The notes: a model not told the origin generated them from the letters alone. 64,000 nucleotides of DNA from an uncultured Candidatus Binatia bacterium (GCA_965215595.1 CBDCDW010000005.1:940323-1004322), one strand, 5' to 3'; numbered from the stretch's first letter, positions 19,219-29,243 are shown. Translations and numbers: made by a program.

Positions 19219-19628
19219 TGGCTGAAAAGAGCCTCCCGAAGATTAACAGCATCGACCAGGAATTCTGGCAAGGGGCAGCCGCGGGGAGGCTCCTCCTGCA
19301 GAAGTGTCAAAAATGCAACCACTGTCAGTATTTTCCTCGACCCGTCTGCACCCAGTGCTTTCATTCGAATCTCCAGTGGCTACCAGCAAGTGGAAGAGGA
19401 ACCATCCACAGTTTTACCTGGGTCAGAGTGCCACGAAACCCGGCCTTCAAGGAAGAGGCACCCATTTGTTATGCGGATATTGTTCTCGAGGAGGGGGTGC
19501 TGATGCAAAGCAGGGTCATCAAGACGGATGTAGAAAGAGTAAAGATTGGGGCTCCCGTAAGGGTTATCTTCAAAGAGACCCATGATCCGGAGATAAAACT
19601 CCCGGTTTTCGAAATCGTCAATTCCTAA
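19215..19628 (+). CDS. DUF35 Zn-ribbon/OB-fold protein (thiolase partner)
   Basis: CQKCNHCQYFPRPVCTQC rubredoxin-like knuckle followed by an OB-fold region. Classic partner of SCP-x type thiolases. Confidence 0.65.
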   Translation: MMAEKSLPKINSIDQEFWQGAAAGRLLLQKCQKCNHCQYFPRPVCTQCFHSNLQWLPASGRGTIHSFTWVRVPRNPAFKEEAPICYADIVLEEGVLMQSRVIKTDVERVKIGAPVRVIFKETHDPEIKLPVFEIVNS

Positions 19629-19827
19629 TAAATTCATCAGTAATTGGTCTAGTGTTGCCGCCAGCCACCCTCGGACCGAGCGCTTCGATTCGGCCCAGCT
19701 CACAGTCGCAGCCCGAGTGCCATTAATGGACCAGCACATTACTTTTTAGTAATGTCGACTCGACAAAAACGGCAGCGGCAGTATAAAGTCCTGAATCAAG
19801 ACCCTAAAGGGAGGGGTAAAGACGATC

Positions 19828-21342
19828 ATGAAAATCGAGATGGTCATGGGAGACGCCCTGAGGAGAAACGCCTACAAGTACCCTCTTAAAATCGCCTTGA
19901 GAGACTCCCAGCGACAGATTACCTATGGCGAGCTCAACCAAAGGGTCAATCGACTGGCCAATGGTCTACTCAGCAAAGGCATCCGAAAAGGTGATCCGGT
20001 AGCCCTTCTGGTGGGGAACCGTGTTGAACACATTGAAATTTTATTTGCCCTTGCCAAGATCGGGGCCCTAGGTATCCCGCTCGATATTAAGTGGCGAGCC
20101 TTGGAAATAGCATCGACCCTGTCCTCGTTAGAGGCGGTGGCCGTCTTCCTCGAAGACACCTGCCAGGAAGAGTACAATCGTGCAAAAGAGCAGAAATCAC
20201 TGGAGGCTATCCAGCCGTATATTCTTGGTAGCAAAAGTTACCATGAACTTGTAAACGATCCCAGTTCAGATGAGCCCACCGTGGAAATAGAGGAGGACTC
20301 TCCCTTCCTGGTGATGATCACCTCAGGGACTACCAGTTTTCCCAAAGGATGTCTGATCAGTCACAGATCCTTTGCTCTCCACTGTATCAACAACGCCATC
20401 GAGAAAGGATTGGGGGTTCACGATACTGCCCTTCTCTCCTCCCCCATCTATTTCAGCCACGGTCGATCATTTACCCTGGGGACGTTGTATTTTGGCGGCA
20501 CGGTGATTTTACATCCGAGCTTCAACCCCGTGGAGGTCCTGAAAACAGTGGAGAGAGACAAGGTGACCTATCTCGGCAGTGTCCCTACCATGTGCGAACG
20601 ACTCCTGCAGGTGGTGGAAACTCAGAAATTTGACACCAGCTCACTGCGCTGCCTCAGCATCACCGGAGGAAGGGTACACCTGCCAACTCTGGAAGGCCTC
20701 CGGAAGCAAATTACACCCAATATTTACCGCACCTATGCCTCCACCGACTCCGGACAGATGGCCATTGCCAAACCGAAGGACATGGATACCAAACCCCTTT
20801 CAGGGGGACGCCCCATCTGGTGTGCCGAATTGAGAATTATCGATGAATCAGGAAGTCCCCTGCCGGTGGGTCAGGTGGGAGAAATTATCTGCAAGAGTCC
20901 CCTGGCCTCTCAAGGTTATTACAAAGACACTAACGCCACCGATCTCTCCTTTCGGGATGGGTGGTTTCATACCGGAGATCTGGGCCACTTTGACGAAGAG
21001 GGGTATCTCTACGTGGTGGGAAGACGAAAGGATATGATCAAGAGCGGTGGCATCAGTATATACCCTCTGGAAATTGAAGAGGTCCTATACAGCCATCCGG
21101 ACGTTTTAGAGGCAGCAGTAATTGGTTTACCCGATTTAGAATGGGGCGAGGTCACAAAGGCGATAGTCGTGCTAAAAGAGGGCGCTGACACTCAGAGTCA
21201 AGAGCTGATCCAGTTATGCAAAGACCGATTGGCATCCTATAAGGTCCCCAAGTCTGTAAGTTTTGTACCTGACCTTCCCCATACAAACCTGGGAAAAGTG
21301 GACAAACAAAAACTAATAGAGGTAATGGGTGCAGCGGACTGA
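19828..21342 (+). CDS. AMP-dependent synthetase/ligase (acyl-CoA synthetase family)
   Basis: ITSGTTSFPKG AMP-binding motif, and a C-terminal ...GRRKDMIKSGG motif. Confidence 0.8.
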   Translation: MKIEMVMGDALRRNAYKYPLKIALRDSQRQITYGELNQRVNRLANGLLSKGIRKGDPVALLVGNRVEHIEILFALAKIGALGIPLDIKWRALEIASTLSSLEAVAVFLEDTCQEEYNRAKEQKSLEAIQPYILGSKSYHELVNDPSSDEPTVEIEEDSPFLVMITSGTTSFPKGCLISHRSFALHCINNAIEKGLGVHDTALLSSPIYFSHGRSFTLGTLYFGGTVILHPSFNPVEVLKTVERDKVTYLGSVPTMCERLLQVVETQKFDTSSLRCLSITGGRVHLPTLEGLRKQITPNIYRTYASTDSGQMAIAKPKDMDTKPLSGGRPIWCAELRIIDESGSPLPVGQVGEIICKSPLASQGYYKDTNATDLSFRDGWFHTGDLGHFDEEGYLYVVGRRKDMIKSGGISIYPLEIEEVLYSHPDVLEAAVIGLPDLEWGEVTKAIVVLKEGADTQSQELIQLCKDRLASYKVPKSVSFVPDLPHTNLGKVDKQKLIEVMGAAD

Positions 21343-21372
21343 GCATGGACCCATTAATAGCCACCCCACCTT

Positions 21373-21597
21373 TCATCCGATATGAATTAGCTTTTTTCTA
21401 CTCGTCGCGCCTCGTATGATCCTCACAGATGATTTTGAAGTCGAAAAGTAACTCGCCAAAAGCTCAATCAGCGCCTCATTAGCTTTCCCCTGGCGCGCAG
21501 GTGCTCGCACTGAGGCGATGAAGCTACCGTCGGGGGATTTCACGAACTCTTCCATCTTGGCCCGCGGCTTGACGGTAACCCAAATTTTTAAAGCCAT
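21373..21597 (-). CDS. DUF167 (YggU-like) family protein
   Basis: 74 aa. The IWVTVKPRAK...G.ANEALIELL pattern is typical of DUF167. Confidence 0.55.
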   Translation of the reverse strand: MALKIWVTVKPRAKMEEFVKSPDGSFIASVRAPARQGKANEALIELLASYFSTSKSSVRIIRGATSRKKLIHIG

Positions 21598-21907
21598 AGT
21601 AACGATTACTCGCCCTGTGGAATAGTGCTTGAGGCAAACAACTTGACCTCGGTCGAGTCGTTATTCCACGGGGCGAGGCGCAAAGGACGAAGCAAAAACA
21701 GGAGGCAGTGAGCAGTGGGCAGCAATTCGGACTACGAATTACAAGACAGCAAGCAGCAAGTATTCGATCCCTCCGCCTGGGTTTTCTGAATTCAGATTGG
21801 CCTACTGCATACTACCTACTGCTACCTGCCTACTAGTTTCCCTTGACGCAAAAATCTTTCTTGCAGTCCTTTTGTTTAACATTCAATCAGTAAGAGTCTA
21901 ATCAACC

Positions 21908-22201
21908 CTAGGCGGGTTTCCATTCGAATGGGAGGCGAACCTTTTTTTCCGTGTTGCACTTCTTACAGCTTGGCACCACGTTTCCTTTAGTGCTCTTGCC
22001 GCCTCGGGCAATGGGTACTAGATGATCCATGGTGAGCTCACGTGCTGGGAATTTACCCCCACAGTGATGGCAAATCCCCTTGGATCGTTTTTGCTTCCAC
22101 CACTGGGTTGAGCGCAACTCCCTCGCCCTACTGCGCTCACGCTGGATGTCCTCCTCGCTAGCAAAGATGAAAACTGAGTCCGGGTTATCACTTCGCGTCA
22201 T
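21908..22201 (-). CDS. HNH endonuclease (small, stand-alone)
   Basis: CHHCGGK...MDHLVPIARGG...NVVPSCKKCN gives HNH with flanking Zn-binding Cys pairs. Confidence 0.7.
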   Translation of the reverse strand: MTRSDNPDSVFIFASEEDIQRERSRARELRSTQWWKQKRSKGICHHCGGKFPARELTMDHLVPIARGGKSTKGNVVPSCKKCNTEKKVRLPFEWKPA

Positions 22202-22210
22202 AAGAGAAGA

Positions 22211-22402
22211 CTATTTTAGCCACTTCTTTAAAGACCGAAGGTAGAACCAAAAACCCACCGAAACCACAAGATAAATACCGGCACGAATGGTCGCCCAGGT
22301 ATCACCCGACTGAGTATAGTTTCTTAGCTCCCACAGGCTGAAGCCAAAGAAGAAAACCACCGCAGTGGTAATCAAGATTCTGTGTGCAGTCAAAAGGGTC
22401 AT
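22211..22402 (-). CDS. Small membrane protein (2 TM helices), hypothetical
   Basis: 63 aa, two hydrophobic segments. Ends 10 nt before the HNH gene start. Confidence 0.35.
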   Translation of the reverse strand: MTLLTAHRILITTAVVFFFGFSLWELRNYTQSGDTWATIRAGIYLVVSVGFWFYLRSLKKWLK

Positions 22403-22415
22403 GTGACACCTAAAT

Positions 22416-23471
22416 TCAAGGGAGTGGGTGCGAGAATTTCTGCTCCCATCGTGTTATGGCTTCGAGGTTCAGTACACTCGAAGGTGGCTTCCCTACCAGA
22501 AGTGTCAGGATAGAATCAACGGCCAACCGGTGCCCGGCATCCCGCGCCGCTGGGCTGTTGCCGATGCTATGGGGAGTCAGGATCAAGCGCGACGGGTCCA
22601 CGGACCGGAGCCGATCCTCCATAGGGAGGGGCTCTTCTTCGTAAACATCCAGGGCTGCCCCCGCGATCATTTGCTTACTGATGGCGTGGGATAATTCTTC
22701 CTGGTTAATGACGCCGCCCCGGGAGGTGTTCACCAGATAGGCCGTGGGTTTCATTTTTGCGATCTCCTTGACGCCTACCATGTAGCGGGTCTCGGGGGTA
22801 AGGACCACATGGAGACTCAACACATCAGACTGCCGGAGGACTTCATCAAGCGTAACCCGCTCCGCTCCCGCCGCCCGGAATTCTTTTTCTTCGATATAGG
22901 GGTCATAGGCCATGAGACGGACATCCCATCCCCGCAATCGCCTGGCTACCGCTTTTCCCACTCGACCTAGTCCAATGATACCCACAGTCTTCCCTGAAAT
23001 AAGCTCTCCCGTGTTTGTCTCCTTCTTCCATCCGCCTTGGTACAAATCCAGCTCGTTAAGCTTCAGGCGTTTCATGAGAGCCACAATGAGACCGACTGTG
23101 GCCTCGGCCACGCCGACAAAATTCTCAGGAACCGGGCTATTACAGACCAGGATTCCCAGGTCAGTGGCAGCCTTGATATCGACATTTTCTACGCCAATGG
23201 AGGCCTTGACCACACCTCGAAGCCCCTTGCACTCCTCCATCACCGAGCGGGAGACACGTTCCCGAGAGGAAACCAACAGAAGATCAGAATTGCCGATGAG
23301 TTCCACCAACTCCGCCTCGTAGTAGTGGTGTTCAGGAAAGCCTTCATAAGATTTGCCCAGCACCACATCGCAACCATTGGTTCTAAGCTGGGCCTCCACC
23401 CAGGACCGATCCGTGGGGCCAGAAATACAAACCTTCTTGGGTAAGTGGATCATTGATTCCTTTATTATCAT
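22416..23471 (-). CDS. D-isomer-specific 2-hydroxyacid dehydrogenase (phosphoglycerate dehydrogenase-like)
   Basis: NAD-binding GIIGLGRVG, and the catalytic R...E...H region (TSRGGVINQE..LTPH). Alternative start at 23453. Confidence 0.75.
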   Translation of the reverse strand: MIIKESMIHLPKKVCISGPTDRSWVEAQLRTNGCDVVLGKSYEGFPEHHYYEAELVELIGNSDLLLVSSRERVSRSVMEECKGLRGVVKASIGVENVDIKAATDLGILVCNSPVPENFVGVAEATVGLIVALMKRLKLNELDLYQGGWKKETNTGELISGKTVGIIGLGRVGKAVARRLRGWDVRLMAYDPYIEEKEFRAAGAERVTLDEVLRQSDVLSLHVVLTPETRYMVGVKEIAKMKPTAYLVNTSRGGVINQEELSHAISKQMIAGAALDVYEEEPLPMEDRLRSVDPSRLILTPHSIGNSPAARDAGHRLAVDSILTLLVGKPPSSVLNLEAITRWEQKFSHPLP

Positions 23472-23945
23472 TCCCTAACGAATGAGAGAGGCAGCTTACA
23501 CCAAACAACCATAACCCCAGGGACTCTTCAAGTCCCGGTCAATTCACCCCGTCATACACACTGGTAGGGTGAGGGTGCCTGGCCCGAAGTGAGCAATGAG
23601 CAACGAGTGCTCAAGACTGAGCTAGGAAGCAAAGCGCTAAGCGCAGAGCGCAAAGCGTAGGGAACAGGGGGCTGAAGACAGTGTTAAGTGTAAAGTGTCG
23701 AGCGGGAGAGAAAGGTTTAACTCGATATCTCGGTTGCGCGACTCTTAGAACTGAAGACTTAACACTCAACACTTCTTCGCTAATTGCTGATAGCTGATAG
23801 CTAACCTTTTGGCCCCTACTGAGGGCCGGTCCCCAAGCCCGGGTTCGCCTCAGGTTTAGTGTTGAGGCTGTCTCCTCCTTGCTGCCATAGGAGTGTTATT
23901 ATAGGATTCATTCAATATTAATCCGCCTAACGGGAGAGAACACAA

Positions 23946-24327
23946 ATGGACCGAGAAATCGTAAATACCGACGCCGCCCCCAAGGCTATTGGCCCTTACG
24001 TACAGGGTATCAAGACCAATGGCTTCCTCTACACTTCCGGCCAGATCGCGCTGGACCCGAAGACTGGCGAACTCATCGAAGGCGATATATAAGAAGCAGA
24101 CGCTGCAGGCCCTGACAAACCTAAAGGCAATCCTGGAGGCTGGTGGTTCCTCTCTAGAGAGAGTGATCAAGGCAACCATATTCCTAAAGTCCATGAGCGA
24201 TTTTGCCACCATGAACAAGGTCTATGAAGAGTTTCTGGGTGAAACCAAACCGGCACGTTCCACTGTGGCGGTATCCGAACTTCCCAAGGAAGCCTTGGTA
24301 GAGATTGAATGCATTGCTCTCGTTTAA
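23946..24327 (+). CDS. ridA: RidA/YjgF-family reactive intermediate deaminase with an apparent +1 frameshift in an ATAT run (24087-24090)
   Basis: Frame 0 from ATG 23946 gives [48 protein letters not shown], then TAA. The +1 frame continues [19 protein letters not shown]...[23 protein letters not shown] (track ORF 23989..24327). Confidence 0.7.
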
Positions 24328-24351
24328 CCCCCGATAGGCAGTCCGTATTCC

Positions 24352-25338
24352 ATGCTTACTAAGCTAGTCCTCGGGCTGGGAGTGGGGATGATATTCGGGT
24401 TTGCGTTACAGCGGGGCCGATTTTGCATGTACACCGCATTTAGGGACATCCTCCTGATCAAGGACCTGACCTTGTTCAGGGCATATCTGTTGGCGGTTTT
24501 GATCCAGATGGTGTTGATCCATTTGCTTCGTGACTCGGGAGTAATTTCCTTTGGGCCAGACCGCTTCTACTGGCTTGGAGCCGCCACTGGTGGGTTTCTC
24601 TTTGGCATCGGTATGACCCTGGCGGGAGGTTGCGCGAGCAGCTCCTTTTACCGGGTCGGTGAAGGGATGATAGGGTCTTTCGTTGCCGTTCTCACCTTCG
24701 TCATCTTTGCGGCGGCTACGAGTGTTGGAGTCTTGAAACCTGTCGCGGTTGCTCTTTACTCCATCAACATGGACATGGGTGCTGGCTCAGCCACAATCTC
24801 AAATCTCTTTGGTGTCAACGACTGGCTCATGATTATTATTTTAGTCTTAGGAGGCGGCCTATGGCTCTTCTGGGGCCACTCGGCGGGGCCAGAAAGGGGC
24901 TGGGGGTGGCAAAAGACAGGCGTCATCATCGGATTCATAGCCGCTCTAGCCTGGTGGGCCTCATCCTTGACAGGTCGTCATTACGGCCTCACCATGACAG
25001 GCCCTTCGGCATACGTTCTTCTCTATCTCACCAGGGGAGATCAAGCTTACCTGGATTGGGGCACCTTTCAACTGATAGGGATTCCTCTGGGGGCTTTTAT
25101 CGCCGCCTCCTGGAACAATGAGTTTCGATGGCGATCCCCGCAACCAAAGAGAATTATGCTCCAGGCCCTTGGAGGAGCCGTGATGGGTATCGGGGCGGTG
25201 ATTGCAATGGGTTGTAATATTGGGAACAGTTTGACAGGCCTCAGTACAATGAGCTTGACCAGTCTCGTGGCAACTGTTTTCTTGATTCTTGGGACGTGGA
25301 GCGGGACCTATATGTTTTTCACGCGCAATAAAACCTGA
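24352..25338 (+). CDS. YeeE/YedE-family membrane protein (thiosulfate/sulfur-compound transporter TsuA-like)
   Basis: 328 aa polytopic protein with two conserved Cys-containing half-repeats (RGRFCMY.., ..AGGCASSSF.., ..AMGCNIGNS). Confidence 0.7.
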   Translation: MLTKLVLGLGVGMIFGFALQRGRFCMYTAFRDILLIKDLTLFRAYLLAVLIQMVLIHLLRDSGVISFGPDRFYWLGAATGGFLFGIGMTLAGGCASSSFYRVGEGMIGSFVAVLTFVIFAAATSVGVLKPVAVALYSINMDMGAGSATISNLFGVNDWLMIIILVLGGGLWLFWGHSAGPERGWGWQKTGVIIGFIAALAWWASSLTGRHYGLTMTGPSAYVLLYLTRGDQAYLDWGTFQLIGIPLGAFIAASWNNEFRWRSPQPKRIMLQALGGAVMGIGAVIAMGCNIGNSLTGLSTMSLTSLVATVFLILGTWSGTYMFFTRNKT

Positions 25339-25388
25339 TGACATTGCCCATATCTAAGTTGGGCAGGATGTGAAGTTGGAGTCCTAAA

Positions 25389-25616
25389 ATGGCGCTTAAA
25401 AGTCTAGACGTATGTGGGGAAATTTGTCCCGATCCGCTGACCCTGACCATGAAGGCTGCCGAGGGTCTGAGCCCCGGAGATCAACTCAAAGTGACTCTCG
25501 ATTCACCCATGGCCCTGGAAACGATTTCCCGGTGGGCTGGGAAAATCGGTCATCAGGTCCTTGAGGTCCGAGAAGCAAGTGCTGGCGTGTGGGAGATCAC
25601 TCTGGAAAAGCACTGA
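25389..25616 (+). CDS. TusA-like sulfurtransferase
   Basis: 75 aa. DVCGEICPDP is the CPxP motif of TusA/SirA. Lies immediately downstream of the YeeE/YedE gene. Confidence 0.75.
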   Translation: MALKSLDVCGEICPDPLTLTMKAAEGLSPGDQLKVTLDSPMALETISRWAGKIGHQVLEVREASAGVWEITLEKH

Positions 25617-25651
25617 ACCAGATTTGATCTAGAGAAAAGGGCTTGGGTCTT

Positions 25652-26638
25652 TTACCAATCTTCTTTTTCAAACCGAATCTGATTGGCGTCCGCAATGGTC
25701 TTGATATCTTCCATGAGAAAGACGTTTCCGCATGTTAATATCACCGTTTCAGACGGGTTCAAGCCTGCTTTCAACTCTTTGGGAGATATCTGCTCCGGCA
25801 ACACCGGCTTCACGGTTCTCTCCAGAGCTGCTTTTGCCTTGGCAGGATCTTCCTTCCTTGCCTTTGCTTCGGTCACGTCCTGTTGTTCTTTCGTAGGCAT
25901 ATCGAAGAGGCGGCGCAACACGTTATTGGCGCGCCCCTTCCCCATCCTGGGGTCATCGAGGTCACGCTGGGTAGGACGACTCACGGTCGGGATATAAGTA
26001 AAATTAAATCGATTTGTAGCTTCAATGGCCGACATCTTGTTAAAATAATCCAATTCGTCATAGGTGCGGTTCGTGTGCAACAGGATATAATGGGCTCCAT
26101 CGCATTTGCCCTGCGAGGCCTCAAAATCCAGTTGCTTGATCATCGAGGCAAAGGGTGCAACGCCCGTCCCAGTTCCTACAAATATGACATTCCGGCACCC
26201 CACTGCCCTTTTATCAAGGGTAAAAACGCCAGTGATAATTTCGTAGTAAGTCATCTTGTTATCGCTCTTGAGGTCCATCCGAAACATGGACTCAGTCAGT
26301 CTTCCGGGAACCCCCTTGTCACTCTTTTCGAGTATGATGTAAATTTCCAAAGACTTGTTTTGAACGGTTTCAAAGGGAGCTGAGGAGATAGAATAGGAAT
26401 GGGTCACCGGGCCTCGTTTCTGATTCCCTTGTTCGTCCAAAAGAGGTACGTATTCTACCTTTCCCCCTTCACCAACTGCCTTTTTCGTAAGCAAGCAATC
26501 ATCGCGGCGAAGGGCGATGTACTGTCCCGATTTATAGGAAGGAAATTGTTTCCCCTCCTCTGGCATCAAGTGAAAAATAGCCAATAAAGGCGTGGACTGA
26601 TCCCACGAAACGATAGTTCCTACTTTGGTCTTAGCCAT
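25652..26638 (-). CDS. Ferredoxin--NADP+ reductase-type flavoenzyme
   Basis: RxYS (HSYSISS) FAD-binding and GTGVAPF NAD(P)-binding motifs. Confidence 0.65.
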   Translation of the reverse strand: MAKTKVGTIVSWDQSTPLLAIFHLMPEEGKQFPSYKSGQYIALRRDDCLLTKKAVGEGGKVEYVPLLDEQGNQKRGPVTHSYSISSAPFETVQNKSLEIYIILEKSDKGVPGRLTESMFRMDLKSDNKMTYYEIITGVFTLDKRAVGCRNVIFVGTGTGVAPFASMIKQLDFEASQGKCDGAHYILLHTNRTYDELDYFNKMSAIEATNRFNFTYIPTVSRPTQRDLDDPRMGKGRANNVLRRLFDMPTKEQQDVTEAKARKEDPAKAKAALERTVKPVLPEQISPKELKAGLNPSETVILTCGNVFLMEDIKTIADANQIRFEKEDW

Positions 26639-27392
26639 AGGTATCCCTCAACGATCGAAAATAGAGTAATTAATTTTTTGTGACGGGATCTGCCGAGAAG
26701 GGAATAAAAAGAACCTTGCTGAACTGCCGCTTATTTATCGACCCCACTCCATCCCAAGCCGCACGGCCGCCACTTCATTGATCAATCAAACTAACTTAAA
26801 ATATACCGCATCTGCACCTGAATTTGAAGGTCGTGCAGGGCAAATAATTCAACCCAGATAAGGAAAAACCCTTTATGGGCATGCAAATCCTACCCTCTGG
26901 AGGAGCTAATGACGGGTTTGCCAAATAAGCACGAAGGTTACTGACTCAGACCTTTTCCATTTGACCACACGTGTAGGGCTGGAGTTGGAGAAAGAACATC
27001 CGCTCTTAGTTCTTGATATTAAAGGGAATGTTTGTCTTGAAAACGTTCTCCCTACCCTGCGAAGTCCCCTTCTACACAAAGGCACTCCCTCCCGTGGACA
27101 CGGAGCCGGCCTGGAACCGCTGCAAGAACGAAATCAGGCAGGGCAGGTAGCTCCAATCCTCTATCTCCACTATTCTCTCTTAAAGATAAAGGTTAATTCC
27201 ATAGAACTGAGTAGCCACTCTGAGCCTGGATTGGCTCAGTGTCAGACCCCTTGGAAGCAATTCATGGACTAGTTAAATTCGATTGGTATTTTTTGGGGTC
27301 TATTGGAACGTATCCTATGGCATGATCGCGAGTCTCCTGTTGAAATTTACTCGAGCAAAGACGTATAGCATTCTGGGAGGTGATAATTATTT

Positions 27393-28397
27393 ATGGAAGC
27401 TCGAGTTCCTCGACCTGACACGATAAATAAGCTGAGATTTTCCATCGATGCAGCCATGGCTATGCTGGCAGGGATGCAACTTGATGTGTTCACTCCGCTG
27501 AAAGACGGCCCCAAGAGCGCGGATCAAATCGCCGAGGCCATAGGGGTTGGCTCAAATAGATTGAGATTGCTTCTTTGTGGACTGGTGTCTGCAGGGCTAC
27601 TTGATGTGAAGGATGGTTTGTTCGCAAATACACCTGAGGCAGGCCGTTTCCTGGTAAACGGAAGTCCGCATTTCCTTGGTGGTATGCATTCGAGGTGGGC
27701 GGACCAATGGAGCATGAAGCTCAAGACCGCAGAATCCATAAGGACCGGGATGCCACAGGCTAAACGGGACTTCTATAATTCTCCACCAGAACAACTAGAA
27801 GCGTTCCTACGCAGAGCAAACACACTGTCGGTAGTGACGGGACGTGATTTGGTGGAGCGGTGTGATTTCTCATCCGTCAGGACGCTGGCAGATATTGGCG
27901 GTGGAGCCGGTGGTCTTGCGATAACTATCGCCCGGGCTTGCCGTCAAATTAAAGCCACCGTGGTTGATCTACCGCTAGTGACACCCATTGCACAGAAAGT
28001 GGTGGAAGAAGAAGGGGCGGCGGACCGAGTTAAAGTTATCGAAGTAGACATCATGGCGCGTCCTTTACCCGGATCATACGATGCCGCGGTACTCAAAAAT
28101 TTATTGCAAGTTCTATCTCCAGAAGATGCTCAAAGGGTATTGGTTAACATAAGCAAGGCAATCAATCCCGGTGGGGCAATATTTATTGTGGGTCAGATTC
28201 TAGACAATTCACGAACCACACCTCCAGAAGCGGTAGGATTTAACCTGAATTTTATTAATAACTACGAGGCAGGCGAATCTTACACCGAACAAGAACACAG
28301 AGTCTGGCTTACCGAAGCGGGTTTCGTGGAGATTAATCGCCCTGACATTCTCCTGGGAGGGGAGTACGGTGTCATGACGGCTCGCAAGCCGACATAA
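27393..28397 (+). CDS. Class I SAM-dependent O-methyltransferase (plant-COMT-like fold with N-terminal dimerisation domain)
   Basis: LADIGGGAGG SAM motif I, and an overall length of 334 aa. Confidence 0.75.
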   Translation: MEARVPRPDTINKLRFSIDAAMAMLAGMQLDVFTPLKDGPKSADQIAEAIGVGSNRLRLLLCGLVSAGLLDVKDGLFANTPEAGRFLVNGSPHFLGGMHSRWADQWSMKLKTAESIRTGMPQAKRDFYNSPPEQLEAFLRRANTLSVVTGRDLVERCDFSSVRTLADIGGGAGGLAITIARACRQIKATVVDLPLVTPIAQKVVEEEGAADRVKVIEVDIMARPLPGSYDAAVLKNLLQVLSPEDAQRVLVNISKAINPGGAIFIVGQILDNSRTTPPEAVGFNLNFINNYEAGESYTEQEHRVWLTEAGFVEINRPDILLGGEYGVMTARKPT

Positions 28398-28558
28398 CCA
28401 GGCGTACCAGCAACTAGCTCGGTGAGAGACGCTTTGATGAGTTGCTGGCAGGCCAAAAGGCAAATTAAATGTATTTTTCACAGTTAGCTATCGAAAAGTT
28501 GCAAAAATGTGTTGGCACCGCCTTGGTCCGTTGGTACCTCACTTCGAACTTAATTGCT

Positions 28559-29116
28559 CTATTTGTTATTCTGTGGTGGCACCGAAAAAGGTACTTGATT
28601 TTTTACCGCTGGAATGCTCCGCAAATAGGCCCAGATTGCTTTTAGATCGTCATCCGTTGCTTCCTTAATCAGAGGCCATGGCATGGGCGGCGATATATCG
28701 CGGCCGTTGGCTTGGCCTTGATGTTTCCCCGTACGTATTGCCTGAATAAAAGTAGCTTCATCCCATTCCCCGATACCCGTTGTAATGTCTGGAGTGAGGT
28801 TCGTTGAAAAGCTTACACCCCAGGGGCCAGCCCAAGCGGTCAGATTTGGGTCTGTTAGCGCCATTGCATTGCGCTGCTTCATATCTACAGGAGTCCAGGT
28901 CGGATACGGAAGCTCGCTGGGATGACCAGAAAGTTGGCGGGTCATATCGGGCACAGGCAAGCCCTTCGGACCCGGCACCTTCGGTGTGTGGCAATCGTGG
29001 CAAAGCACAACTGTAACTAGATATTTTCCACGGGCCACTGGATCTGGTTTTTTCTCACAGCCCGTGGCTAGAGCTAAAACAACCCCCAGGATTGAGATGA
29101 GGATTAACTTCCGCAT
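28559..29116 (-). CDS. Monoheme cytochrome c lipoprotein
   Basis: Lipobox LALATGC. A single CHDCH (CxxCH) heme site. Confidence 0.6.
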   Translation of the reverse strand: MRKLILISILGVVLALATGCEKKPDPVARGKYLVTVVLCHDCHTPKVPGPKGLPVPDMTRQLSGHPSELPYPTWTPVDMKQRNAMALTDPNLTAWAGPWGVSFSTNLTPDITTGIGEWDEATFIQAIRTGKHQGQANGRDISPPMPWPLIKEATDDDLKAIWAYLRSIPAVKNQVPFSVPPQNNK

Positions 29117-29202
29117 TTTTGGCTCCCTTGGTTTATGAAATTAAATACAACAGGGGCACGATTTTATTGAACTGAGCAGATGAGCAATAAATCAGTAGCC
29201 CG

Positions 29203-29243
29203 CTAATTTAAATGGGCCGAGCACTAGGCTCGGCCCATTTTAT
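29203..29243 (-). terminator. Hairpin aaatgggccgagc-acta-ggctcggcccattt, a possible terminator after the OCD gene (weak U-tract, roughly bidirectional)
   Basis: 12 bp perfect stem flanked by A/T runs, 175 nt downstream of the 29418 gene end. Confidence 0.35.

Noticed and set aside
26961-27272. 103 aa ORF in the FNR / O-methyltransferase intergenic region
   Set aside because: No SD and no recognisable motif, and it is largely composed of the recurring intergenic motif (copy 1).
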